A DNA stretch of 64,000 nt, taken from the human T2T-CHM13v2.0 reference genome, Homo sapiens. The notes under the pieces are model-generated. The model did no database searches, was not told the origin of the DNA, and saw nothing but the letters and a program-made list of their open reading frames with translations. The position numbers and the translations under genes were made by a program. The DNA is taken from NCBI RefSeq assembly GCF_009914755.1, contig NC_060933.1. One strand, 5' to 3'. Below, piece by piece: positions 41,965 to 54,051 of the stretch. How positions within the stretch are numbered: the stretch's first letter is position 1; the number at the start of each line of letters is the position of its first letter.

Positions 41965-42763
41965 TGAAGACATAGAAGTGCCCAAGAAACATGAAAAAAT
42001 GCTTATCATCACTAATCACCAGAGAAGTGCAAATCAAAACCACAATGAGATACCATCTCATACCAGTCAGAATGGCTATGATTAGAAAGTCAAAAAATAA
42101 CATAGGCTGGCAAGGTTCAGAGAAAAGGGAGCGCTTATGCACGATTGCTTGGTTTGCAAATTTGTTCAGCCACTGTGGAAAACAGTGAGAAATCTTGGAG
42201 ATTTCTCAAAGAACTGAAAATAGAATTATCATTCAACCCAGCAATCCCATTACTGGATATATACCCAAAGGAAAATAAATTGTTTTATCAGAAAGACACC
42301 TGCACTCACACGTTCATTGCAGCGCTATTCATAATAGCAAAGACAAGGAATCAACCTAGGTGACCATCAATGATGGATTGGATGAAGAAAATGTGGTATA
42401 TATACACCATGGAATATTATGCAGCCATAAGAAAGAACAAAATCATGTTCTGTAGCATAATGGATGCACCTGGAGGCCGTTATCCTAAGCAAATTAACAC
42501 AGAAGCAACCAAATACCGCGTGTTCTCACTTATAAGTGTGAGCTAACCATTGGGTACACATGGACATAAAATTGGGAACAGTAGATACTGGGAGCTCCAA
42601 AGGGGACAGGGAAGGAGGGAGGTAAGGGTTGAAAAACTACCTGTCAGGTACTGTGTTCACTACTTGGGTGATGGGTTCAATTGAAGCCCAATCCTCAACA
42701 TCATGCAATATATCCAGGTAACAAACCTGCATGTGTAACCCCTGAATCTAAAATCTGAAAAAA
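41965..42763 (+). mobile_element. Older primate L1 3' end (L1PA15/16- or L1PB-like)
   Basis: ORFs 41991..42188 and 42145..42363 are L1 ORF2 C-terminal peptides ([23 protein letters not shown]; FNPAIPLLDIYPKE); degenerate TSD aaag(c)attctc. Confidence 0.9.
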
Positions 42764-42934
42764 AGATTCTCTTTTATGATCCAGGTATTTTTAGAATAGA
42801 ATAAGAGACTGGACGGTAGCATCCTATAAAAACTGGTTAATATAAGTTGGCATAACCCAAGCTTGCATTTAATCTTTGCACATAGCTTTTCCAGTTAGTC
42901 AAATTTGAACTGTAAATAAGAGAAAAATACCAAC

Positions 42935-43256
42935 TTGTCTTAGGTGGTTCAGGCTGTCATAACAAAGTGTCAAAAACTGGGTGGTTCATAAACAAAAACA
43001 GTTTATTTCTCATAGTTCTGGAGGCTAAGAGTCCAAGATCAGGTGCCAGCATGATCAGGTTCTGGAGAGGGCTCTCTTCCAGCTTACAGATGGCAAACTT
43101 CTTCTAGTACCCTCATGTGACAGAAAGAGGGAGAAAGAGCTTTCTGGGATCTCCTTTATAAGAGCCCGAATCCCACCCTATGACCTAATCACCTCCTAAT
43201 ACCATCATCTTGGGGTTAGGATTTTGATATGAATTTTGAGGGGGATACATTCAGTA
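42935..43256 (-). mobile_element. MLT1A-like LTR
   Basis: tgtcttag...ggctgtcataacaa...tttatttctcatagttctggaggct...tccaagatcagg. Confidence 0.85.
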
Positions 43257-46143
43257 CCTTGGATAGTCCTTTGTAGCCCAGTCAGTGTGCTATAAGAAAC
43301 ACATCCTGTGTTGAAACCTAGTATATACGTAGAGATATAAATAATACATATAACAGAAATAAAGGTTTCATGAAACAGTACTTAGCCATACCACATGAAA
43401 TGTCCTCTGTTATTTTCTGTTGTGTTCCCTCCCAACTCCAACTTCCACCATACACTGGTCATGAGCCACTGAATTGACTTTACTCCCTACTGAAGGGCAG
43501 AGACCTGCAATTTATTTAGAAAGCATGAGTGCAATCTGCCATCCCCCTGGCACTGCCTATGATGTGTGTCAGCCTAGAGGTGTGCATTTACTGAGGAGCT
43601 GACAGGACTCCACATATAGTGCTCTGTCCACTCCTATGAAACCACAGAAAGTTGTGAGTTTAAAACCCCCTAAAGACTCCCCTTGCAAAGTTTTATCAAG
43701 AAGGCATAGTAAAACTTGGAGAGTAGACATATGATAGAACTTTGAGTTGGACAAAAGTGACTCAGATGGCTGCCTTGTCTGTCATAAAACATATGTAAGC
43801 TTCAATCATCAAACATGGCCTTTAACCTGGGAAATGTCTGTATTTTTTCCTATAGTGCTCACCCTAAAGTTCACACTAATTTATTTTAGTAAGAACCTAA
43901 ATACTGTAAGGAAAACAATCTCTGACTTTAAAAATATGTGAAGAATAAAGAATAATTTGACGGTGTAGTTTTTTTCTTCCTGAAATTCCTTCAGACATTA
44001 AGCCTGCTCATTTTCATTGGCCACTGAAGCACAAAATTGAAGGGGCTCAAAATAGGGAACCCTTGGCTATGCAGAACCTTTGGGCAGGCTGTTTTACTTC
44101 TAGAAAACATTTCCTGATTGCTTGCTCCTTTAACTGCCAGCAATTATTATGGCCAAGTTTTGTATAGAAAATTTTCCCAGCATTGTCTCATCTGTCCCTG
44201 ATTCTTTAAAAGATTATACAGAACAGAGTGTGTCTTTTATGCTACTGTAAAGTGATAGATTTAGTATTCATTCAGGAATGCAAGGCTCTTTGCCCCTAAA
44301 CCAAATGGCCCTACTTTGCTGTCTTCTAAAATCTTGTCTGCTTTTTCTTGATAATTTTTTTTTTGGCCCTACTTCTGTGGCTCTCAGCAGTGAGCCCCTT
44401 CACTCATTGTTGGCTATTGAAAGTCCATTGTGATTTTGGGAACCAGATAACCATACTGTCTGAAATGTGTTTGCCAGATAGAGTCATATTATCCATTGAA
44501 ACTGAAATTTTAAAAAAGGATCAAAAGTAGTATTTGAGGGAGGTCTTCAAGAGTTCTACTGGTAAAGCAAGCAAGCTTTAGTTCTTTCTTGTTCGCTTCA
44601 TTCATTAGCCAATAGCATGTTTTCTTCTGCCCTGTTTTTGGGTTGTTCAGATAAAGTGATACCTTTTCAGGCTGTGATAGGCATGCTTTCTTTTTTCTTT
44701 CTTTTTGTAACATATTGATAATGTGTTTACTATATTATGGTCTAAAGCAGGATTTCATAGACTTTTTCATTTAAGTTAAACATAGTGGCAATTGATGAGT
44801 ATTTTGGTAACAGCTTTATTTGCAATGCTTTATGCCTTTAAAGGTTATAGATTACTGCATTTCTCTTTTCCTTGGAGAAACTGCATAGCAAAGTTCCCCA
44901 GATTTTCCTGATTTCCATCTTCCATTGGAAAACAAGTTCAATATCCACAATAAAACAAGGAAGCTGAATACTGAAAAATTAACTTATTTTTAAGGAGTGA
45001 TGTGAACCAGACTGTTCTGAGGTTTACGACTGCATTGTATGGGAACAAAAAGAAGCAACGGTGTCATTGCTGTGGCAAGCTGTATTTAAATGATGCCCTT
45101 TTATTTTTTTCAAGATGTGTTGTTCAGACTCAGTTGTGAAGATTATGGAAACTGAAACAAATGGGAAATCAGTCTCTCCTGCTAAGGGTTAAGAGAGAAA
45201 CACGACTTTTGTTTACATTTGTTTATAGGAAACAGAATGGAAATTCAGCTTTTAAGATGTCTGTACAGTTGGGCTTCATTATTTAGTTTAGCAGTTTCTC
45301 AGAAACTCCCTCTCCTACATGACAATTTATAATGCAAACATGATGCATCATTTCATTTTGTGTAAACTTTATAGAAGGAATAGTCTTTTCCACATATGTC
45401 AAAAGACTTCTGGAAGCATTTTAGAACTGAATGCTAAGTATCCTACACATGTGCCTGGAAGCTTTAGAAATGATCAGCAGCAGCACTTTCTGACCTTACA
45501 TTTTTGTTTGTTTCTTCATTTGTCCGCCTCCTTACTGAAAGGTAAAGTTTCACAAGAGCAGGAACTTTGTTCTGTTTACTACACTGTCTCCAGCACCTAG
45601 AACAGTGTCCAGCACAAAGACAGCCTGTATTATTATCATTGTTGAATGAACTCATTCTTAAGCTATAAAAACAAATTCTTAAGCTGTAACCGTTTTTCCC
45701 TTGACTTCTGAGCTCCCCCTTCCTTTACAAAATTTCAGTAGCCTAGCATCTAGCCTTGCCACTGCTTCAAGTTCCTTCCCCGAGGAGCAGCCTTGTTTGT
45801 TGCCAGATTACAGTCTTTCTTCTGTCTCTTGCTTTTTGCACCTTTAAAAGTCTAGACCAATTTAATAACCCCACGCCCCATGGTCTCTTTGCTACTCAGC
45901 TGATTTTTTGATCCCAACTCTTACCTCTTTGAACAAACTCTATACTTGCAGCTGTGCAGTCACCTTTTAAAAATTCAGTCCACCTCCCTTCCCAAATACT
46001 GTTTTTATCAAACACACCCTCATTTTTTTTTTAACCCACCTTTGAAATTTTAGCACTCTTTTTACTTTGGTCATCTCTGTCTCTGTGCAGCTACCAATTT
46101 TTTAAAAATGTTCTCTTCTATTCTCACTTCTGTCTCCAGATAC

Positions 46144-46306
46144 GTCTCTTACCTGGGCTGGTGTAGAAACTTCCCAAATAACTTCCATACCTCCCTATCT
46201 ACCCGCTTTAAGCAATTGTAATACTGTCTCTTACCTGGGCTGGTGTAGAAACTTCCCAAATAACTTCCATACCTCCCTATCTACCCGCTTTAAGCAATTG
46301 TAATAC
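46144..46306. repeat. Perfect 81-bp tandem duplication (46144-46224, 46226-46306)
   Basis: Two identical copies separated by a single T. Confidence 0.98.
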
Positions 46307-46569
46307 CTGCTGCTAGAGAATGATTTTGTCACTGCCGTGGCAGGAAATCCTTAGATCCTTTACCGTGTCTGAAATCTGAAATGCTTTGGTTTGGGTACAT
46401 TCTGGCCCTAGTTGACTGTTGATCATTGTCATCATCATTGTTGTCATTGTCATAGCTGTATAACAGTGATAGCAGCTACCATTTCTTAAACTCTTACTTT
46501 ATACCAGGCATAACACGTATGAAGCATGACATCATGAAGCTTGTTAGTGCATTTTGGAGCTGTATAATG

Positions 46570-47360
46570 TGATAATGGGTAGGGTGGCTGTGGGTGGAAT
46601 AAGATAGGGCTGGAGAGGTGTATCGGGCCAGACCATCGACATCTTGTCAGCTGTGCTAAGGAGTTTGAACATTTCTTCTACAGGCAATGAGGCAACAACT
46701 AGAAGAGTTTGATGGAGAAGTGATGAGGTCATATTTTGTTTCATAATGGCAACATGAGCAATAGTTTAGGGGATGAATTAGAAGGGTAAGAGACTGGAGA
46801 TAGGGAGACTAATCACAGAAGAGATGAAAAGGACCTGAAGTAATGTAGTGTGGATAGGGAAGAGTGAGTAGATTTGATATTCAAGAGGGAGAATTTCTAG
46901 GACTTGATGACCACCTGGATATGAGTTTTGGGGAATGGTAGTAGTAGATGATTCTCTGGCTTTTGGCTTGAGTGACTGGAGAGATTGGGGAATGATGCTC
47001 AACTGAGAGAGAATACCAGGTAGAGGCATCGTACATATGGTAGCAGAGGCAGGAGGGCTGTGATGATGAGTCCTATTTTGGACATGCATTTGAGATACCT
47101 GGGGGCTATCCAGGTAGGATGTGGCTGTAAGATCAATCCATGATGGAGACACTGGCTGTGTTGTGGTCATATCATCTGGGCTGTGGGAGAGCATGAGATC
47201 GAATGAGATTGAGATACAGGACATGAAGGTGGAGAGTCTAAAGAGAAGCTGTGTGTAAGTGTGGAAGAGGCCATGATGAAGACACAGTATTATGAGCTCT
47301 TGCCAGCAATTAAAACCATGAGACTAAATGAAATGTTCCTGAAATTGTGTAAGAAGAAGA
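46570..47360 (-). mobile_element. L2 remnant
   Basis: ttttggcttgagtgactgga..., ttttggacatgcatttgagatacct. Confidence 0.65.
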
Positions 47361-47719
47361 CAGAAGATCACTTGTTGATCTTCACTTGCAATTTCATTTC
47401 CCTGTAGCGTGGCTCATTCCGTTGTTTTCTTTTCTCTGTTTAAGGAAATGGCATCAGATTTTCATGATAGCATGTACAGCCTACTGTTTCGGAAGACCTC
47501 TCTGAGCCCACTGATCCCCACTCTGCCTCCCTAGAAGTGATTTCTCAGGCACACATTCTCTTTGGTCCTCTTGCTCCTGTGACTCTTTGGGAACTTTCCC
47601 TAGAGGCTTCTGTTTCATTTGTTCTCTGCTTATCTCTCCAAGCAGATTCGAGTCCTGACAGCAGGGATCATATCTTTGCCTGCTTTGTCTCCCCCAACCA
47701 AAACCTAACAGCTCTTTCT

Positions 47720-48032
47720 TTATTTTTTATTTTTATTTTTTGAGATGGAGTCTCCCTCTGTCACCCAGGCTGGAGTGCAGTGGTGCGATTTTGGCTCACT
47801 GCAACTTCACCTCCCGGGTTCAAGCGATTTTCTGGCCTCAGCCTTCTGAGTAGCTGGGATTACAGGTGCCTGCCTCCGCGCCAGGCTAATTTTTGTATTT
47901 TTAGTAGAGTCGGGGTTTCATCATGCTGGCCATGGTTGGCCAGGCTGGTCTCGAACTCCTGACCTCAAGTGTTCCGCCCGCCTCGGCCTCCCAGAGTGCT
48001 GGGATTACAGGTGTGAGCCACCGCACCCGGCC
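47720..48032 (-). mobile_element. AluSx-like
   Basis: Antisense dimer; TSD taacagctctttct. Confidence 0.97.
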
Positions 48033-48174
48033 CTTAACAGCTCTTTCTATACTCTAGCTGCTCCTGCTACTTTTTTTTTCCCTTTTTCCTCTTTGGAGGC
48101 TCATTTGCTGACCATATTGTTGTTATTTTTATTTCATTTATTATAATTATTAATTAATTTTATTTATTACCATG

Positions 48175-48678
48175 TATGTATTTATTTATTATTAGTATAT
48201 CATATAATATATAATAGTTGTAGATATGTTTGGGGTACTTGTGATATTTTGATACCTGTATGCACTGTGTAATGATCAAATCAGGGTAATGAGGATATCA
48301 CCTCAAACATTTTTCATTGTGTTGGGAACATTATAATTCTTCTAGCTATTTGAAATATACAATAAATTATCATTAACTATAATTTCCCTACTGTACTATA
48401 AAATACTAGAACTTTTCCCATCTATCTGTGTTTTTGTATCCTTAACCAATTTCTCTTCATCCCCTCGTCTCCCCTACCCTTCACAGCCTCTCATAACTAT
48501 CATTTTATTCTCTACCTCCATGAAATCCACATTTTTAGCTCCCACATACGAGTGAGAACATGGAATATTTGTCTTTCTGTGCCTAGCTTATTTCAGGTAA
48601 CATAATGACTTCCGGTTTCCACCATGTTGCTACAAATGACAGGATCTCGTTCTTTTCTGTAGCTGAATAATATTCCTC

Positions 48679-48716
<38 letters not shown>

Positions 48717-50362
48717 GGAGAGAGAGAGAGAGACGTTTTCTTTGTGCATTCATCCACTGATGGACACTTACATTGATTCTATGTGTTGACTATTGTGAAT
48801 AAATGCTGTAGTAAACAGGGGAGTGCAGATATCTCTTTGATATACTGATTTTCTTTCTTTTGGATATATACCTAACAGTGGGATTGCTGGATCAAATGGT
48901 AGTCCTATTTTTTTTTTCTTTTGAGGAACTTACATCGTTTTCCGTAATGGCTGTACATCTTTACATTCCCACCAATAGTATACAAATATTGCCCTTTCTC
49001 TACATCCTCTCCAGCATTTGTTACTTTTTGATTTTTTTTGGTAATAGCCATTCTTACTGGGGTGAGATGTTATCCCGTTGTGGTTTTGATTTGCATCTCC
49101 CTGATGATTAGTGATGTTGAGCATTTTTTCATATACCTGTTAGCCATTTGTATGTCTTCTTTTGAGAAATGTCTATTCAGGTCTTTTGCCCATTTTTTAA
49201 TTGAAGTATTTGGTTTTTTTTTTTTTTTTTTTTTTTGCTATTGAGTTGTTTGAGTTTCTTATGTATTCTGGTTATTAATCCCTTGTCAAATGGATAAATG
49301 GATAGTTTGCAAATATTTTCTCCCATTCTTTAGGTTGTCTCTTCACTTTGTTGATTGTTTCCTTTGCTGTGCAGAAGCTTTTCAGCTTGATGCAATCTCA
49401 TTTGTCTATTAATATTTTGTTTTTGTTGCCTGTGCTTTTGGGTCTTACCCAAAAAATTATTGCCCAGACAAATATCTTATAAGATTTTCCCAAAATTTTT
49501 TTCAGTAGTTTCATAGTTTTAGGCCTTACATTTAAGTCTTTAATGCATTTTGAGTTGATTTTTGTATATGGTAAAAGATAGGTATCTAGTTTTATTCTTC
49601 TGCATATGGATATCCAGTTTTCCCAGCACTATTTATTAAAGAAACTGTCCTTTCCCCAGTGTATGTTCTTGGTGCCTTTGTTGAAAATGGGTTGGCTGCA
49701 AGTGTGTGGATTGATTTCTGAGTTCCGTAGGTCTATGTGTCTGTGTTTTTTTTGGGTTTTTTTTTTTTTGTTTTTTGTTTTAGCCAGTACCATGCTGTTT
49801 TGATTACTCTAGCTTTGTAGTATAATTTGAGATTAGGTAGTGTGATGCCTTCAGCTTGGTTCTTTTTGCTCAACATTTCTTTAGCTATTTTCAGTCTTTT
49901 GTGGTTTTATACAGATTTTAGGATTGTTTTTTCTATTTCTGTGAAGAATGTAATTGCTATTTTGGTAGAGATTGCATTGAATCTACTCCGTATAGCGATG
50001 TGCAGATTCAATTGTTAAATTGATATACAGATTTAATTGTTAAAATGATAAGCATTTTAACAATATTCTTCCAATCTCTGAGCATGAGACATCTTTTCAT
50101 TTTTTGTGTCCTCTTCAATTTCTTTCATCAATGTTGTATAGTTTTCCTTGCAGAAACCTTTCACTTATTTGGTTGAGTTTATTACTAGGTTTTTTTTTGT
50201 AGTTATTGTAAGTGGGGTTGCTTTCTTGATTTCTTTTTCGATTTGATCACTGTTCACATATAAAAACTCTGATGACTTTTGTATGTTTATTTTGAACGTA
50301 ACCCTTGAAAGTGGGTATGCTTGTCTTGTTCCAGATCTTAGTGGAAAGGCTTTCAATTTTCC
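48175..50362 (-). mobile_element. L1MA-like 3' portion (ORF2 end plus 3'UTR) with (TG)n(AG)n at ~48678-48733
   Basis: Antisense L1 motifs (gagtgagaacat, gggattgctggatcaaatggtag, gcagaagctttt, ttgtcttgttccagatcttagtggaaaggct). Confidence 0.9.
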
Positions 50363-51171
50363 TTCTACTACTTTTTATTGATTATTTTTATTCTCCTCTA
50401 GAAGAATAAAGAAACAAAGTGAACAACTCAAATTTTGTACAGGTTTATATCAGTTGATGTACCTCAAACTAAAAGTGCCTGCTTAAAATGTGTTTTTGGC
50501 TGAATGTTCTATTTCTGACTTAAAAAAAAAGTGAATTAGCAAGAAGATCTACAACACCCAGTGCAGAATTATTGTCATTTATCATTCTCACTATTTTAAA
50601 CTCTATAGAAGAAGAATATGTCTTTTGGCAGTTCCACTACACCTACTATAGCTTCTCCTGAGCAGAGTTTATCTCCTGGTCTCATTGGTCAAACTTCCTG
50701 TGTTTTAAAATGGCATTTTGCATACACTTGCACAAGTTGAATTTGGATGCAGTGAGAGCCCTTATCCAAGAAACACGGATTCTGTCTGACTCATCCGGCC
50801 TCTCTGCTAACACTTTGGTGCGCCCTGGTCAAGTGACTTGACCCTATTTGTGCATTTTTTCTTTTTCTCATCTATGGAATGAAAATCTAGCCACTGGCTC
50901 CTGACCTCATTCAAAGACATGTTGTGAGGCCAAATGAACTGAGGACCTTTGAGGTCCTTAGAACAAAAGCATTGCACACATTAGAGAATTTATTTTGTAA
51001 GAATTGCAGAAAGAGATCAGGCTCAGGGTAGCCACCATTATAGCCCACGAGTAAGCAAATATGAGCCAAGAGGTCCCCATAAAGGAGAATTCTCTCCCAT
51101 CACTAAGGCCAAAGATAGGAGTGGGACACTGCTAAAGTCTGATTAGAGTTCCAGAATTTAAACATCACCTT

Positions 51172-51207
51172 CAGCATGGATGAGGAGAGCAGCATGGATG
51201 AGGAGAG
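51172..51207. repeat. 18-bp perfect tandem duplication
   Basis: cagcatggatgaggagag x2. Confidence 0.95.
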
Positions 51208-51624
51208 TGGCATGCTTTTATCTTTAAAAAGAGACGAACCCTGAATGTGGACGTTTATTGAAGAAAGCAAAACTCATACTTACTTGTTAAAGAAAAATAA
51301 TGTTAGTGAACTGCAAATAATTCATGTGAGAGGGTCCAAACTAGGACATAATTCTCTTAAGTATTAAATAAGTTTATTGCTTATTCCGTTTAGTTTGTAT
51401 GGTATGTGGTAGCCAACTTATCGTATCTTCTGAGTGCCTAATGCTCTGCCTTGCATACAAGGATGATTAGTGTTTTACTTGGTGCTGCCCATTTAGATGT
51501 AATATGAGAAGCTCCTAGAAGTCACCCAGAAAACACTTTTAACACCTATGGAATCTTTCAGTTTGTTTGACTTTAACTGGACATTTCTCAAATGCTAATG
51601 AAAATCTTATTTAATAATAGAAGT

Positions 51625-51812
51625 ATTTAAACTAAAAGGGTGTGATTGGATTGTTTGTAACACAAAGAAAGGATAAATGCTTGAGGTGATAGATATCCCA
51701 TTTACCTTGATGTGATTATTATACATCATATGCCTGTATCAAAATAATCTCATGCGCCCCATAAATATATACACCTTCTATGTACCAATGAAAATTACAA
51801 ATTAAAAAAATT
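51625..51812 (+). mobile_element. L1MA 3' terminal fragment
   Basis: ggattgtttgtaacacaaagaaaggataaatgcttgaggtgat...atacaccttctatgtacc. Confidence 0.85.
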
Positions 51813-53666
51813 GAAATGATTATAGTCTGATGACCTATACCAAGTGACAGAGGAATCTGACTGGAATTACCTGGCCAAAAATGAGGGAAACTCATAGAGT
51901 ATAACACCATTGGCATAAGTGTCACAAAATTGGATCTGTACTCATGACATTGGATTTATAATAAGAGCCCCAAATCTTAATTCTTTAGTTAGGCTGGCAG
52001 TGAATAGAGTGGCACAATCATAATCATACAGGTGCCGTTTCTCAGTTTTCTGCTTTTAGAATCAGATTGTGGACTAAGCATGGCAGACTTGGTTATGATT
52101 GCAGGCTACAGTACAAATATTAGCAACCTCAACAAAAGAAAAAGTGTAGTTGGCAGGAGGTGGGATGTGGCATCAGGGAGGAGAGGGTGCTAATATCCTC
52201 ATTTCTTAAAATAGCAAGATAAGCTATAGCTGTTAAAAGTTGCTGGAATTCCACAGTGGTTGTGCCATCTTGCATTCTCATATGAGAGTTTCCGTTGCTT
52301 CAACTTTTTATGAACACATGGTATGATCGTTCTTTTGAATTTAGATATTCAAATAGTTGTGTCCTGGTGGCTCATTGTAGCTTTAAATTGCATTTCCGTG
52401 ACGGCTAATCATGTTGAGCATCTTTTCATGTGCCTATTTGCCATTCTTATATGATTTTTGGTAAGGTGCTAAACTCTTGTATTGATTCTAGTAAAGTTGT
52501 TGTTTTTTTTTTTAGCACACATATTTTTTATATAGACAATCATGTTGTCTATGAATGAAGATAGTTTTACCTCAGAACAGGTGTTGGCGAAAACAAAAAT
52601 GAAGACTTTAGTACTTAACGTTGCAAATAAATTAAACAGAAGAATTAGAAGAATATATTAAACTTCAAGAGGAGGCCAGGGCAGTGTGAGGAGAATCCTT
52701 GATATGGGTCAAGACCTAGAGATTCAAGCATGGTATCAACAGTTGTAAAGATAACTATCAAGAGACTAAAACAAAATTTGAAGAACAGTTACCTTGGGAG
52801 AATGAAACTAGTGGCAGGGATAGGAAAAGCAAGAGTTGATCACTCTCACGAAGTCTTCTATCTGGTTTAATTTATTGCCTTGCACATACGTTTCCCTGAA
52901 AAAAGTAAATTATTGGCATATTGGTAATTAGGACATAAAGATAAAAACAATATGAAGTAATTATAATAGGTAGAGGGTAAGACTGAATAATATAAAATAA
53001 AGAATATGGGGAAGTGGTCTATGTTTAGAGTTATATAAAGAAAGGAGGGGTCCTGAAATGACAGTCAGTGCTGATAAACGCCTGACACTTACTTAGGCTC
53101 TTGCTGCATTCTAGGTACTTTCTAAACAATAAACATGTGACACTTGTTTAATAATCACAGCAACCATGGAGTGGATACTATTATCACCATTTAATAGAGG
53201 AGGTAAGGAGACGTAGAAGCACTGATACTAAGTATGTTATTTGAGTTGACACAGTCAGGTTTCAGAGCCAGCTGGCCCAGCCCCAGAGCCGTCTCTCTAC
53301 CCTACAAAACTGCAGTGTGTCTCATGGAAGGAAGGTAGGTGTGATACCCCACAGTACAGACAGTGGGTGCTCCTTCATCCTAATTAAACTTGGCTTGTTC
53401 TCTGAGGCCATCCCCTAAAGAGATACTTAACTTTAGTTCATTCATGATTCAGCAAATATTTGAGTGCCTATTAACACAGCTCTAGGTACTAGGACTATTC
53501 CTTTCCCCAGTCAGTGGCAAAGAAAAATAAGTGCATTATTTGATACAAGATGCTATGGGGAAAATAAGGCAAGATAAGGAGTAGAATGATGGTAGTGGTG
53601 GTGGTGAGGTGTTATTTTAGAAAGGAAGGTGAGAGAAGTCCTCTCTAAAGAGCTGGCACATGAATA

Positions 53667-54051
53667 TTGTCTTTGCCCATTCTGGCTGCTATTACAAAAT
53701 ACTGTAGATTGAGTGATCAAGTAGCTTAAACAACGAACATTTATTTCACACAGTTCTGAAGGCTGGGAAGTCCAAGATCAAGGTGCTGACAGATCCGGTG
53801 TCTGGTGAGGGCTCACTTTATGGTTTACAGATGGCCATCTTCTCGTTGCATCCTCACATGCAGACAGCAGAGAGGAAGTGAGCTCTCTATGTCTCTTTTA
53901 TGAGGGCACTAATCCCATTCATGAGGACTCCACCCTCATGACCTCATTATTCCCCATAGGCCCCACCTCGTAATACCATCATATTGGGGGTATGGATTCC
54001 AATATATGAATTTATGTGGGGGAGGGGGGCACAAACATTCAGTTCATAACA
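53667..54051 (-). mobile_element. MLT1A-like LTR inserted in an antisense L2
   Basis: tgtctttgcccattctggctgctattacaaaatac...gtccaagatcaaggtgc...aaacattcagttcataaca. Confidence 0.85.

Noticed and set aside
46144-46306. Direct repeats as a CRISPR-like array (also 32430-32503)
   Set aside because: Only two abutting copies, no spacers, mammalian context.
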